Counted from the first letter of the stretch, positions 40,519 through 52,552 are shown. The stretch is 64,000 bases of DNA from Geopsychrobacteraceae bacterium (GCA_963676795.2 CAXXTB010000001.1:1024001-1088000), one strand, 5' to 3'. The notes: a model not told the origin generated them from the letters alone. Translations and numbers: made by a program.

Positions 40519-40584
40519 GTTCAGAAATATGCAACAGCCGTAAGGATTTAGTGAATAGATCGCAAGAATAGACAGTGATATACA
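40519..40584 (+). promoter_or_regulatory. Regulon promoter copy D
   Basis: GTT-cagaaatatgc-AAC, then TAAGGATTTAGTGAATAGAT, then GTGATATACA. Confidence 0.8.
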
Positions 40585-40773
40585 ATATTACAAGAATTGT
40601 TAAGAGTTCTAAAGTTTCTTTTGTTTTTATTAGTTATGCAATCAATTTTATTAATTGATGATTTTTTTTACACAGTCTCATCTGTGGATTCATTTTTATT
40701 GATTAAATATTAATGGAATCAAAAAGGAATACAGTTTTGAATTAAACCTTAATTGGAATTGAAGAGGTACTAT

Positions 40774-40992
40774 ATGGCAGAGGAAATTCTAGCCCCTCTT
40801 TCTGGGGCGGTTTGGAAGGTACAGGTCGAAGTTGGCCAACGCGTTGAAGAAGATGACGAGGTTATTATTCTTGAAGCGATGAAAATGGAAACGGCTGTCT
40901 TTGCACCATGTAGCGGAATTATCAGGGAAATAAAGGTCAAGCAGGGCGATAAGGTCGATGAAGACGATATTCTGGCAATGATAGAAGACTGA
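40774..40992 (+). CDS. Biotin carboxyl carrier protein (stand-alone biotinyl domain)
   Basis: EAMKME biotinylation motif; GAGG RBS. Confidence 0.93.
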   Translation: MAEEILAPLSGAVWKVQVEVGQRVEEDDEVIILEAMKMETAVFAPCSGIIREIKVKQGDKVDEDDILAMIED

Positions 40993-41125
40993 TTTTATAT
41001 GTAACTTGTGATTTTGAGCCACACAGTTGTGATTCCAGATACTTAGCCTTGCTTAGTAAGAGCGGCTGTTGTGATAAATGGGTTATCACTGCAGCTGTAA
41101 CATTCCTTAAAGGGGAGGTAATGTA

Positions 41126-42103
41126 ATGAGAGCAATTGTTGGTGTTCTGTGTGCCGTTGTCATGTTTGCAATGGCGATGCCTGTTCAGGCATTCACTCTG
41201 TATGAGAAGGGAAATTTCAGTTACAAGCTGGACGGTGACTGGCAGATCCAGTTCCGCCAGGCGGCTGGAGATGACCAAGATTTCGCCATGGACTACGATG
41301 ACCTGGAACTGAAGAACTATGCCAAGTACCAGGTGACTGATGACATCTGGGTCGGGGGCCGTGTTGACCTCGCCGGTGATAAGGCCGCAGATGCTTCTGG
41401 CACTACTGAGATGCAGTTCGAAGAAGCCCGTCTGGAAGTTGGCTACAAGAATTACAAGGTCTACTTCGGCACCTACCTGAACGCCATGGATATGTGGCAG
41501 ATCGGACCTGGCGTTCGTTATGAGACCGACGATGCCATCGGCCGTTACTCTGGCGTCGACCTTTGGGGCGCATGTAAAGGTGATGATCTGGTTTCCTTCG
41601 AAGCTAAAAAAATCGGCGGAATCCTGACCATCAGGGCCGATATCGAGATGGAAGATGAGACAGATTCAACTGATAAGTACGGCCCTTACTGGGATGTTTC
41701 TGTCGGCGCAGCCAAGGATGCCTGGAGTGTTGCAGGTATCTATCAGGTGATTGATCATGATACCCGTGGTGATGTTTCTACTTGGGGTGTCAATGCCAGC
41801 TACGATTTCAAAGTTGTTAAGCTATTGGCTGAGTACAGCGCTACAGAAGCTGAAGATGATGACAATTTCGGCGGCGGTTTCGCTACCGGCGCTGTTGTTG
41901 TTCCTTACAAGGACTGGACCTTCAAGGCTTCATACCTCAACGTAACCTATGAAGATGATGCGGAAGACGATGTGAACGGCTGGAGCACCAGCATTGTTTA
42001 CCACATTCCGCAGACTAAAGCCTGGGTTATCGGCGAAGTTCAGAATAGCGATGTAGATGATAGTGATCCAGGTTATATGCTTGGCCTGCGTTTCAGATTC
42101 TAA
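41126..42103 (+). CDS. Outer-membrane porin
   Basis: Signal peptide, amphipathic beta strands, C-terminal LGLRFRF; strongly acidic. Confidence 0.8.
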   Translation: MRAIVGVLCAVVMFAMAMPVQAFTLYEKGNFSYKLDGDWQIQFRQAAGDDQDFAMDYDDLELKNYAKYQVTDDIWVGGRVDLAGDKAADASGTTEMQFEEARLEVGYKNYKVYFGTYLNAMDMWQIGPGVRYETDDAIGRYSGVDLWGACKGDDLVSFEAKKIGGILTIRADIEMEDETDSTDKYGPYWDVSVGAAKDAWSVAGIYQVIDHDTRGDVSTWGVNASYDFKVVKLLAEYSATEAEDDDNFGGGFATGAVVVPYKDWTFKASYLNVTYEDDAEDDVNGWSTSIVYHIPQTKAWVIGEVQNSDVDDSDPGYMLGLRFRF

Positions 42104-42159
42104 GGCTTAGCGACATTACCCTATAGATTTGTTTTCGTGAAAATTATTGGTCTTACCAT

Positions 42160-42200
42160 AGCTGCTTTTCTGTATTCATGCCAGAGGAGCAGCTTTTTTT
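42160..42200 (+). terminator. Intrinsic terminator after the porin gene
   Basis: AGCTGCTTTTCTG...CAGAGGAGCAGCT followed by a T-run. Confidence 0.7.
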
Positions 42201-42298
42201 GATGCAAAGTCGTGATTATTGGTATTGAATCAGTACAATTGAGTACGGCGCCGGGATAGGACGTCTATGGTTTCTATTTGAGAGGGAGCGAGGTTGTT

Positions 42299-43021
42299 AT
42301 GAGGAATTTTTTCAGTTCTGTTGCATATTCATGTTTGATTATTCTGGGTGGTGTCCTGATGATGACGTCATCAGTATGTGCGGATGTACGTATGGAGCTT
42401 CCCACGGATGTTGACGTGTTTGCTGTTAATGGGGAGATTGCAATGATTGAAAATGTCGTACAGCTTCCTGATGGAGTGAGCCAGATAGTCGTCCGTTATG
42501 ATGGATTGCTACATTCCGGGGATAAAAATTCAGCCTTTCCTGATCAGGTTCAGTCCGCTGCTTATGTCATCAAGTTTGATGCTGCAGATGAGGTATTGCA
42601 GCTTATTATGCCTCAGTTCAGAGAGGCCTACGATGTTGTTCAGTTTGACAAGAATCCTGATATCCTGATTCTTGCGGCCGAAGGTAAACCGGTTGATTTT
42701 AAATACGAACGTTTGGAATCGCAGGGGTTTGCTATCTTTCGTGATTTTGAGCGTGAGCTGGAACGATTCAATAAGACCGACTCTCCTGCGGCGGTTCCTC
42801 CCGTCAGGGCCGAAACTTGGCAGGCCAGAACTTCTCAGGGCGGATCTGCCGCTACTGCTCCACGACTTGAGGAGACAGGATCTGTCGAGCTGATTCCTCC
42901 ATCGATGACGCCATCTCAGCAGGACGAGGCGACTAGTATGTCGGTGCAGATGCTGAAATTCTGGTGGCAGCAGGCGGATGATGTTTCTCGTCAACAGTTT
43001 TTGGATTCGATTGATAGATAG
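42299..43021 (+). CDS. DUF2057 (YccT-like) exported protein
   Basis: Signal peptide; LPDGVSQIVVRY and the C-terminal MLKFWWQQADDVSRQQFL signature. Confidence 0.7.
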   Translation: MRNFFSSVAYSCLIILGGVLMMTSSVCADVRMELPTDVDVFAVNGEIAMIENVVQLPDGVSQIVVRYDGLLHSGDKNSAFPDQVQSAAYVIKFDAADEVLQLIMPQFREAYDVVQFDKNPDILILAAEGKPVDFKYERLESQGFAIFRDFERELERFNKTDSPAAVPPVRAETWQARTSQGGSAATAPRLEETGSVELIPPSMTPSQQDEATSMSVQMLKFWWQQADDVSRQQFLDSIDR

Positions 43022-43132
43022 GGCTCTATTTCTGACCCTGCCCGTAAATGGATGCGCGGGTATTAAGAAGTTACCATAAGCACTCTTTTATCTGTTCTGA
43101 ACTTAGAAGATGCTGTGAGACCAGAATCCGCT

Positions 43133-44005
43133 TTATGGGGCATTTGTCCGGAAGAACGAAAGTGCATGCTCGGCGACTTTTCTGGCATTTTCCATATGGA
43201 CATGATGAGGGCCAGAAACATCAACAAGTGTAAGGTTCCTCATTATGTCATACCTTTCCTGCATGTACGGTCTCTTCCAGAGGTTTCCTTTGCTTGCACG
43301 TAAAAGTAATGTCGGGGCTGAAATTCTTTTCAGGAAGGCAAGTACTTGTTCCTGAGTGAAATAATACAGGGCTCCGATAAGCAACCGAGGATCGCTACTC
43401 CAGGTTATTCCGTTCTCTGTTACCCTGGTTCCCCGTTCTGTGAGAGCTAAAGTGTTCAGATAGCTCATGCGTAACTGCGGGGGAATCTTTTTTGAGGACA
43501 AACGCGCCTTCGCGGCTTCTTCCGTATTGGCATAGATGGTGAGCCCTTTTTTAGTAGTTGATAACGAGTGTAGAACTTTGCTTTCCAACATAATGGGGCC
43601 ATCTTCGGGGAGCGATGACCGCGGCCCGAGATTGTCTATAACAGCGAGGCTGATGATTCTCTCGGGTAGGATAGAGGCTATGATTGATGCAAGTGCGGCG
43701 CCCATGGAATGTCCAAGTCGGCTAAATCGTTGCCAGCCAAGCTCGTTAGCAAAGGCAATGATATCCATGACGTAATCATCGGCATAATATGATGTGCCAT
43801 GCGGCCGGTGTTCGGACTGTCCATGTCCTGGTAGATCCAGCGCTATGAGTCGAATTCCTGGTAAGTTCCCAGAAATTGCAGCAAAGCTTGCAGCATTATC
43901 CAGCCAACCGTGAATCGCCAGTACGGGTATCCCATTAACTGGTCCCCAGGCCAGCCCTCTAAGGCGTAAGTTTGGGGTTTGGATGTCAATTTCTTCGCTG
44001 CGCAC
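43133..44005 (-). CDS. Alpha/beta hydrolase
   Basis: HGWLDNAASF, DLPGHG, GHSMG nucleophile and HHVHME motifs. Confidence 0.9.
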   Translation of the reverse strand: MRSEEIDIQTPNLRLRGLAWGPVNGIPVLAIHGWLDNAASFAAISGNLPGIRLIALDLPGHGQSEHRPHGTSYYADDYVMDIIAFANELGWQRFSRLGHSMGAALASIIASILPERIISLAVIDNLGPRSSLPEDGPIMLESKVLHSLSTTKKGLTIYANTEEAAKARLSSKKIPPQLRMSYLNTLALTERGTRVTENGITWSSDPRLLIGALYYFTQEQVLAFLKRISAPTLLLRASKGNLWKRPYMQERYDIMRNLTLVDVSGPHHVHMENARKVAEHALSFFRTNAP

Positions 44006-44276
44006 GTAAATCTCCTGTAGCTACCAATGCGGCCTGTTATATATGTGGATGTTGCTGTTATGACGATGATACTCAGTTAGATGAATTGCCTATTGACGAA
44101 TATTCCACCCTAAGATGTTTTGGGGGCAATTTCCAGAAAGATCTTATTCAAGAGAGGCTGCTAATTCAGGGAGGGATGATCGTTGCTATCCATGTCATCC
44201 ATTGACAGATTGGTTTAACGAAGATATTTTTGTTTCCGATGTGCTTTATTGATTATTTCAATGCGTGAGAGGCGAT

Positions 44277-45182
44277 ATGACGTTACGTCAACTTGAGTTA
44301 TTTGTGGCAGTTGCAGAGACAAAAAGTTTTTCGCGTGGTGCCGAACTTGTATGTTTGACGCAGTCGACGGTTAGTCAACATATTGCCGCGATGGAAGCGG
44401 AGGTCGATACCCGCCTGTTTGACCGGACCAGCAAGGGCATTTTTCTGACTGCCGGTGGTGAGGTCTTTCTCTCTCATGCGCGTCGAATTCTGGCCGAATA
44501 CCGTGCCCTTTATAACGGAATGGAGACTTTTCACGGTCTTGAATCGGCAACACTTGTGCTGGGTGCCAGTAACATCCCGGCCAATTATCTGATCCCTAAA
44601 ATTCTGCCGTTATTGCAGAGCGAATACCCGGGTATCAGGCTCGAAATGCGCAGTGGTGACAGTCGTGAAATGACCGATCAGCTTGTCGCCGGGCAGGTCG
44701 AGATGGCTATCGTCGGGGGGCTGATGGATCCGGAGCGGGTGAACTACTGGTCATTGATGGAGGATCACCTGGTTTTGATCGTCGGGCAGGACTCTCCGCT
44801 CCGAGAGCGCAACACAATCCCACTGGCCGAGCTTGGGACATTGCCGCTGATCGTGAGGGAAAGTGGTTCAGGAACCTTCCAGACGCTTGAGAATCAGCTC
44901 TACGCTGCAGGGTTCCCCGCCGAATCACTGACCATCGTTGCCCGTCTGGGAAGTAATGAAGCAATACGTCAGGCCGTTGCTGCAGGTTGCGGTTGTGCTT
45001 TCGTTTCCGATTTGTCGATCGCTCGTGAACTGGAGCGGGGAGATCTTTTTAAACTTGAAATCGAAGGGTTATCGATCGTCCGTCAGCTGTGGCTGGCAAC
45101 GCTCAAAGATCGTACATTGTCTCCGGCGGTAGAAGCGCTTAGCCTTTTGTTGCGAAAAAGATACAGCCTTGCTTCGGCGTGA
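44277..45182 (+). CDS. LysR family regulator (CysL-like / selenium-metabolism-associated type)
   Basis: HTH TQSTVSQHI; GASNIPANYLIP, RESGSGT and LGSNEAIRQAV motifs. Confidence 0.88.
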   Translation: MTLRQLELFVAVAETKSFSRGAELVCLTQSTVSQHIAAMEAEVDTRLFDRTSKGIFLTAGGEVFLSHARRILAEYRALYNGMETFHGLESATLVLGASNIPANYLIPKILPLLQSEYPGIRLEMRSGDSREMTDQLVAGQVEMAIVGGLMDPERVNYWSLMEDHLVLIVGQDSPLRERNTIPLAELGTLPLIVRESGSGTFQTLENQLYAAGFPAESLTIVARLGSNEAIRQAVAAGCGCAFVSDLSIARELERGDLFKLEIEGLSIVRQLWLATLKDRTLSPAVEALSLLLRKRYSLASA

Positions 45183-45348
45183 CAGTTCGGTAAATTGAAA
45201 ATTCATAAAAAATAAATAAGGTGTATAGTTGTATCTGATCATTGGCTGAAAAGTTGAAGCCCAGAGTCATTTTTTGAAATCAGCGGATTCCTCTGCCACA
45301 AGATCGTTGTCGCCTCAGGCAGATCTCCAACACATCACCGGGCAGGAT

Positions 45349-46194
45349 TCATGCGCGCCAAACTTTGTACGCGACCTTTGCTTTTCCACTGGATTTAACC
45401 GAGTACATCAAGTCATCGGCGATATTTATAGCTTCATCAATATCATCAGGAAGGGTTTCGAATGTAACCAGACCCGCACTGAAGGTCACTGGCCAATCAA
45501 ATTCAACCATGCGCTGATGTAATCGCCCGATAAGTTTATCATAGGCAAGTTTAGCTTCTTTAAGATGTGTTTCAGGGAAAAGGATGGCGAACTCATCTCC
45601 TCCCAGGCGTGCGACTGTATCAATTGACCTTGAATTCTCTATAATGCTATTGGCGACCTCAAGAAGCAGCCGATCTCCCTCGTGGTGGCCAAATGAATCA
45701 TTTATGTTTTTGAAGTTGTCGATATCTATATAGGCTAATGAGAATTTATGATTGTATCTTGATGAGCGAACGAGTTCTTTTTCCAATTCTGAATGAAATT
45801 TTCTTGAATTGTTAATGCCTGTCAGGTGGTCTGTATCTGCTGCTAATGATTCAAAATGATGAACTTTTCTGAAATTAGTAACGATTATTGAAAGTGATAT
45901 TCCAACAATTAAAAACGCGGTATTTTCAATAAATATTGTTTTTATATCTGCGCAATTAAGAATTGAAAATTTTAATATAGTTAATAATAAGTAAATTGAA
46001 ATTGTTAGAATTAATCCAGACTTCCTTGATCCATACCAGCTTGCTAATAGAATTGGCAGAATGTAAAAAATCTCAAGAATGTAAATTTCTTTAATAATAA
46101 ATATGGCCATTGTAATAAATATGACGAAAAAAATAGACATCCTCCATATGAGTTTATATGAACGATTATCAAGAATGTGTAATAATGTTTTCAT
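45349..46194 (-). CDS. Membrane-anchored diguanylate cyclase
   Basis: N-terminal TM segments; DIDNFKNINDSFGH and ARLGGDEF motifs; very AT-rich. Confidence 0.9.
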   Translation of the reverse strand: MKTLLHILDNRSYKLIWRMSIFFVIFITMAIFIIKEIYILEIFYILPILLASWYGSRKSGLILTISIYLLLTILKFSILNCADIKTIFIENTAFLIVGISLSIIVTNFRKVHHFESLAADTDHLTGINNSRKFHSELEKELVRSSRYNHKFSLAYIDIDNFKNINDSFGHHEGDRLLLEVANSIIENSRSIDTVARLGGDEFAILFPETHLKEAKLAYDKLIGRLHQRMVEFDWPVTFSAGLVTFETLPDDIDEAINIADDLMYSVKSSGKAKVAYKVWRA

Positions 46195-46617
46195 CTTATA
46201 ATTTATTCAGTGAGTTGAATTATTTTTAAAATCCATTTTCTATAAAAGTATACACAACAAAAATGCTGCTTTTCGAAATTAACAATACGCTTACAAGGAA
46301 TCGAAATCTCTGTTCTTTAGCAGGCTTTTTAAACGGCAGGCGGGAGAAACATCACCCCGGAAGTCGGTATGGTGACATCCCCCACCAGATTATGCTGAAA
46401 TATTTACAATCTGATCCGCCGTCAAGAGACATTGGCAAAGTTATATCGACAGTCTTTTAGAAAGAGTTTTCCCCAAATAAAAATCTGAATATTCGTTAAT
46501 CTTTTACAGCGTTTGCTGACGGATTAATTCTCATCTCGAGGTTATCCAAGGCTATCCAACCCGGCCTTGAAGAAGTCATTGTTTACGATATAGTTAGTGG
46601 AACTATGAGGTGTCGAA

Positions 46618-48099
46618 ATGAATGTTCTATTGATTTATCCGGAGTTTCCAGACACATTCTGGAGCTTCAAACATGCCTTGAAACTGGCCCATAAAAGAGC
46701 TTCATCGCCGCCGCTGGGATTACTGACCATCGCCGCAATGTTGCCTCGGACATGGAATCAGCGCCTGCTCGATCTGAACGTCACCAAGCTGACCACCAAG
46801 AGTCTGGACTGGGCAGATGCGGTCTTTTTGAGTGCTATGCTGGTTCAGAGAGAGTCCGCCCGGAGCATTATTGCACGATGTAAAAATGCGGGACTCCGGG
46901 TCATTGTCGGCGGACCGTTGTTTACCAGCGAGCATGAAGAGTTTACTGAAGTCGACCATTTTGTGTTGAATGAGGGGGAACTGACTCTGCCTCAGTTTCT
47001 CAATGATTTTAGCCACGGCCAAGCGAAACAGATCTATTCAACCTCCGAGTTCACCGATATTCAGAAATCACCCGTACCGTTGTGGCAGTTACTTGACATG
47101 CGACGTTACGCGTCCATGAGCCTGCAATACTCTCGGGGCTGTCCTTTTCACTGTGATTTCTGTAATGTGACGACACTGTTCGGTCATCAGCCTCGTACAA
47201 AAAGCACTCAACAGGTTATTGCTGAACTCGATGAACTCTATACACAGGGATGGCGTGGCAGCGTTTTTTTTGTTGATGACAATTTTATCGGCAACAAGAA
47301 ACAACTGAAAAAGGAACTTCTTCCGGCGCTGATCAGCTGGCAAAAGAACCACGACGGACTCTCCTTTCATACCGAAGCTTCAATCAACCTTGCTGACGAT
47401 CCAGAGCTGGTTACGATGATGGTCGATGCCGGATTTGACACGGTTTTTATTGGCATTGAAACTCCCAACGACCAAGGTCATGCAGAATCGGGCAAGAGCC
47501 AGAACGAGAACCGCAATCTGGTTGAGGATGTAAAATATCTGCAAAAATCCGGGTTGCAGGTCCAGGGTGGATTCATCGTCGGCTTCGATAGTGATACGCC
47601 AGCCATTTTCCAGAGTCAGATCGATTTTATTCAGAACAGCGGCGTCGTCACGGCGATGGTCGGTCTGCTTCAGGCGTTGCCGGGAACGCGACTTTACGAG
47701 CGTATGCAGCGGGAGGGGCGCCTGGTCTCGGTATCGACGGGAGATAACGTCAGTACAGCCACCAACATCGTGCCAGTCATGAGCCTTGAGTCCCTGCAAC
47801 AGGGCTATAAAAAAATCCTGCGGACAATTTACTCTCCGAAAAACTACTACCACCGGATTAAGACCCTGCTGCGGGATTATCCGCCACCCAGGATTCATTC
47901 TTCACTGGGCTTTCGCTACAAATTGGCATTCTTTCATTCTCTTTATCGACTGGGTTTGTTTGGTAAAGAGCGTGTATATTTCTGGCGGACCCTGATCTGG
48001 ACACTATTCCATCGTCCTCGCCTGTTTCGCCTGGCGGTGACATTGGCAATTTACGGCTACCATTTCCGCACGATCTGCGAACGCTACGTGTTACGCTGA
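46618..48099 (+). CDS. B12-binding-domain radical SAM protein (DUF4070-type)
   Basis: PPLGLLTIAAMLP; RGCPFHCDFC (CxxxCxxC); FFVDDNFIGN. Confidence 0.9.
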   Translation: MNVLLIYPEFPDTFWSFKHALKLAHKRASSPPLGLLTIAAMLPRTWNQRLLDLNVTKLTTKSLDWADAVFLSAMLVQRESARSIIARCKNAGLRVIVGGPLFTSEHEEFTEVDHFVLNEGELTLPQFLNDFSHGQAKQIYSTSEFTDIQKSPVPLWQLLDMRRYASMSLQYSRGCPFHCDFCNVTTLFGHQPRTKSTQQVIAELDELYTQGWRGSVFFVDDNFIGNKKQLKKELLPALISWQKNHDGLSFHTEASINLADDPELVTMMVDAGFDTVFIGIETPNDQGHAESGKSQNENRNLVEDVKYLQKSGLQVQGGFIVGFDSDTPAIFQSQIDFIQNSGVVTAMVGLLQALPGTRLYERMQREGRLVSVSTGDNVSTATNIVPVMSLESLQQGYKKILRTIYSPKNYYHRIKTLLRDYPPPRIHSSLGFRYKLAFFHSLYRLGLFGKERVYFWRTLIWTLFHRPRLFRLAVTLAIYGYHFRTICERYVLR

Positions 48100-48113
48100 A
48101 GACTCCTGCCCCC

Positions 48114-48959
48114 TTGTTTTTTGCGAGAGGTGTTTGCCATGAAACCAGCCAGAAAAACTGCAAAACCGCAACAGGTAGGCAGGTTAGAGCGGATTCTGGT
48201 AAACGGCCAGTGACGGAATCGTTGCCATGGACAGACCGGGAATATGTTTATGCCAACGCGGCGGCTGAGAAGATTCTGGGCCTCAGCAGGACTGAGATCC
48301 TTCAGCGAACCTATAATCAGCCCCTCTGGAAAATCACGACGTTAAAGGGGCACCCCGTGCCCGATGAAGAAACCCCGTTCAAAAAGGCTTTGGAGGAAAA
48401 CCAGGAAGTCTATGGCCTGAAGCTGATTATCGAGCGGCTGGACGGCGAACGGATTATCATCACCACCAATGCGACCCCAATGTATGATAGCGCCGGTAAT
48501 TTCGACGGGGTTGTCGGCATTTTCACCGATATCACGGAACAGCATGAACTTCAGGAACAAAACATTACCTACCATCATACCCTGACTCACGATCTGTATA
48601 TTCCGCTGTCGGTGATTCATGACCACGCGGAAATGCTGTTGAATGCGTTGCAGGAGAAGCCCTTGGGTGCTACCGCATTACAGAATATCGAAGCCATCAT
48701 GGACAGCACCGAAAAAATGGAGAGAATGATTACGGATCTGCTCGACACCGCCCGCATCGGAGGGGGGCAGGTTTCGCTGGAGAAAGAGCCGCTTGCTCTG
48801 GCCGCCTTCGTGCCCTCGCTTCTTCATCGTTCCCTCAACGACAATGACCGGAAAAGGGTCGAAATCCATATTCCGAATGAACTGCCAGTCCTATACGCCA
48901 AGAAGCGCCGTTCCCCACAGCGTGTCAAACAGGGTTCACCCACAGTTGCCGCGCAGTAA
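48114..48959 (+). pseudogene. Truncated PAS / histidine kinase fragment
   Basis: PAS-PAC and HisKA (LTHDLYIPLSVI) are present, but the frame degenerates after ELPVLYA with no HATPase domain; no clean start. Confidence 0.6.
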
Positions 48960-49319
48960 AACCATCGTAAACATCGCGTCAATTTCTTACTGTTAGATTT
49001 TCTCAAAGAAAGGCTGACCACGGAGAATTGCTATGGCAACAGCTGAGCGGTGCTCAACGCTCTGTAGTCAATCGACACCGGCCGGGCTTCGTTCTCTTTC
49101 AACTTTGTTGCAACGCCAGGTGGCAGATGGACAAGAGCCTAGCCTTATCTCCTGCAAGTGCAGAGAAAGGTGGTATCCTTTTATTACTGGCGGAGCGCAA
49201 TGAAATTGATGGTTTCGCAGAAAATCATAAGACCTGAGGTCTAAGCAAAACCACCAGATGCAAGGCGTGCAATCGGCGATCAATGTGGCCGTCGAGGCGG
49301 CAAGGGCACAGAGGTCTGA

Positions 49320-51214
<1,895 letters not shown>

Positions 51215-51222
<8 letters not shown>

Positions 51223-51535
51223 GCCGGATCAGCGTCCTGAGTTCATCCAGGAAGTTGGTAAAAAAGCGGAACGCAAACTCAAAGCGCAGCGCCAGACCGT
51301 ACCGGGGGTCTGGTTCGGGCTGGGGATGGTGGGGCTGATCGGCTGGTCGGTCGTGATCCCGACGCTGCTCGGCGCGGCGCTGGGAGCCTGGCTCGACGAA
51401 CAACAGGCCGGCGGGCATTCCTGGACGCTGGCACTGTTGGTCGCCGGTCTGGTGCTTGGCTGTTTCAATGCCTGGCGCTGGATCGCCAAAGAAGGGCAGA
51501 ACATAGGCGCGGACCAGGAGGATGACCATGAATGA
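51215..51535 (+). CDS. N-ATPase AtpQ (AtpZ/AtpI-like) membrane protein
   Basis: GLGMVGLIGWSVVIPTLLGAALGAWLD; operon position. Confidence 0.85.
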
Positions 51536-51845
51536 AATAGCGATCATGCCCTTGGTTTTGCTGGCCGGTATGGGGCTTGGCGGGGTGTTTTTCGGCGGTC
51601 TCTGGTGGACGGTAAAAAAAGGGGTTTTGTCGACTCGGCCGGGGCTTTGGTTCTGCGTCAGCCTGGTGGTGCGCAGCAGCATTGTTCTGATCGGATTTTA
51701 CTTTATCGCCGGCGACCATTTGGAGCGGCTCTTGCTCTGCCTGCTCGGATTTTTTCTGGCCCGCCTGGTCGTGATCCGGCTGACCCGCATACCAGAAAAG
51801 TCAGCATGCCCTATAGAGGAGCCTCGCCATGCGCCTGAGCCCTGA
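51522..51845 (+). CDS. N-ATPase AtpR membrane subunit
   Basis: GGVFFGGLWWTV, SLVVR and GFFLAR (conserved intramembrane Arg); operon position. Confidence 0.85.
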   Translation: MTMNEIAIMPLVLLAGMGLGGVFFGGLWWTVKKGVLSTRPGLWFCVSLVVRSSIVLIGFYFIAGDHLERLLLCLLGFFLARLVVIRLTRIPEKSACPIEEPRHAPEP

Positions 51846-52527
51846 TGAAATCATCTTCTGGCAACTGGGTTTTTTCAAGTTCAACGCGACCATTGTTTTC
51901 AGCTGGGGACTGATGTTGGTACTGGTTGTCGGTTCATTGCTGATCACCCACAATCTGACCACCGGACATAATCGCTCCCGCTGGCAGAACCTTCTGGAGA
52001 TCGTCGTCACAGCCATTATCGCGCAGATTCAAGATGTCGGTCTGAGTCAGCCGCGCAAATACCTGAGTTTTCTTGGCACGCTGTTTCTGTTTGTCGCCGT
52101 CGCCAGCCTCGCTACCATCATTCCCGGTTACGAGCCGCCGACCGGCTCGTTCTCGACCACGGCAGCGCTGGCCTTGTGCGTATTTGTTGCCGTGCCGTTG
52201 TTTGGCATCGTAGAGCAGGGAGCTGTCAACTATGTTAAATCATACATGCAGCCGACGCTGATCATGTTGCCGTTTAACATCATCAGCGAGATTTCCCGCA
52301 CCCTGGCTCTGGCTATCCGTCTGTTCGGCAACATGATGAGCGGAGCGATGATTATCGCGATCCTGCTGACGATTACCCCCTTCATTTTTCCGATTCTAAT
52401 GACCCTGCTCGGTCTGCTCACCGGCCTGGTGCAGGCCTACATTTTCAGTATCCTGGCGGCGGTTTACATCGCCGCTGCCACCCAGGTGCGCAGGGAAAAG
52501 TCTGATGGCGAAAGTCTTGAACCATGA
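51829..52527 (+). CDS. atpB: ATPase subunit a
   Basis: SRTLALAIRLFGNM and VQAYIF motifs. Confidence 0.95.
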   Translation: MRLSPDEIIFWQLGFFKFNATIVFSWGLMLVLVVGSLLITHNLTTGHNRSRWQNLLEIVVTAIIAQIQDVGLSQPRKYLSFLGTLFLFVAVASLATIIPGYEPPTGSFSTTAALALCVFVAVPLFGIVEQGAVNYVKSYMQPTLIMLPFNIISEISRTLALAIRLFGNMMSGAMIIAILLTITPFIFPILMTLLGLLTGLVQAYIFSILAAVYIAAATQVRREKSDGESLEP

Positions 52528-52552
52528 CCGACCTCAATGCAAAGGAGCAATC

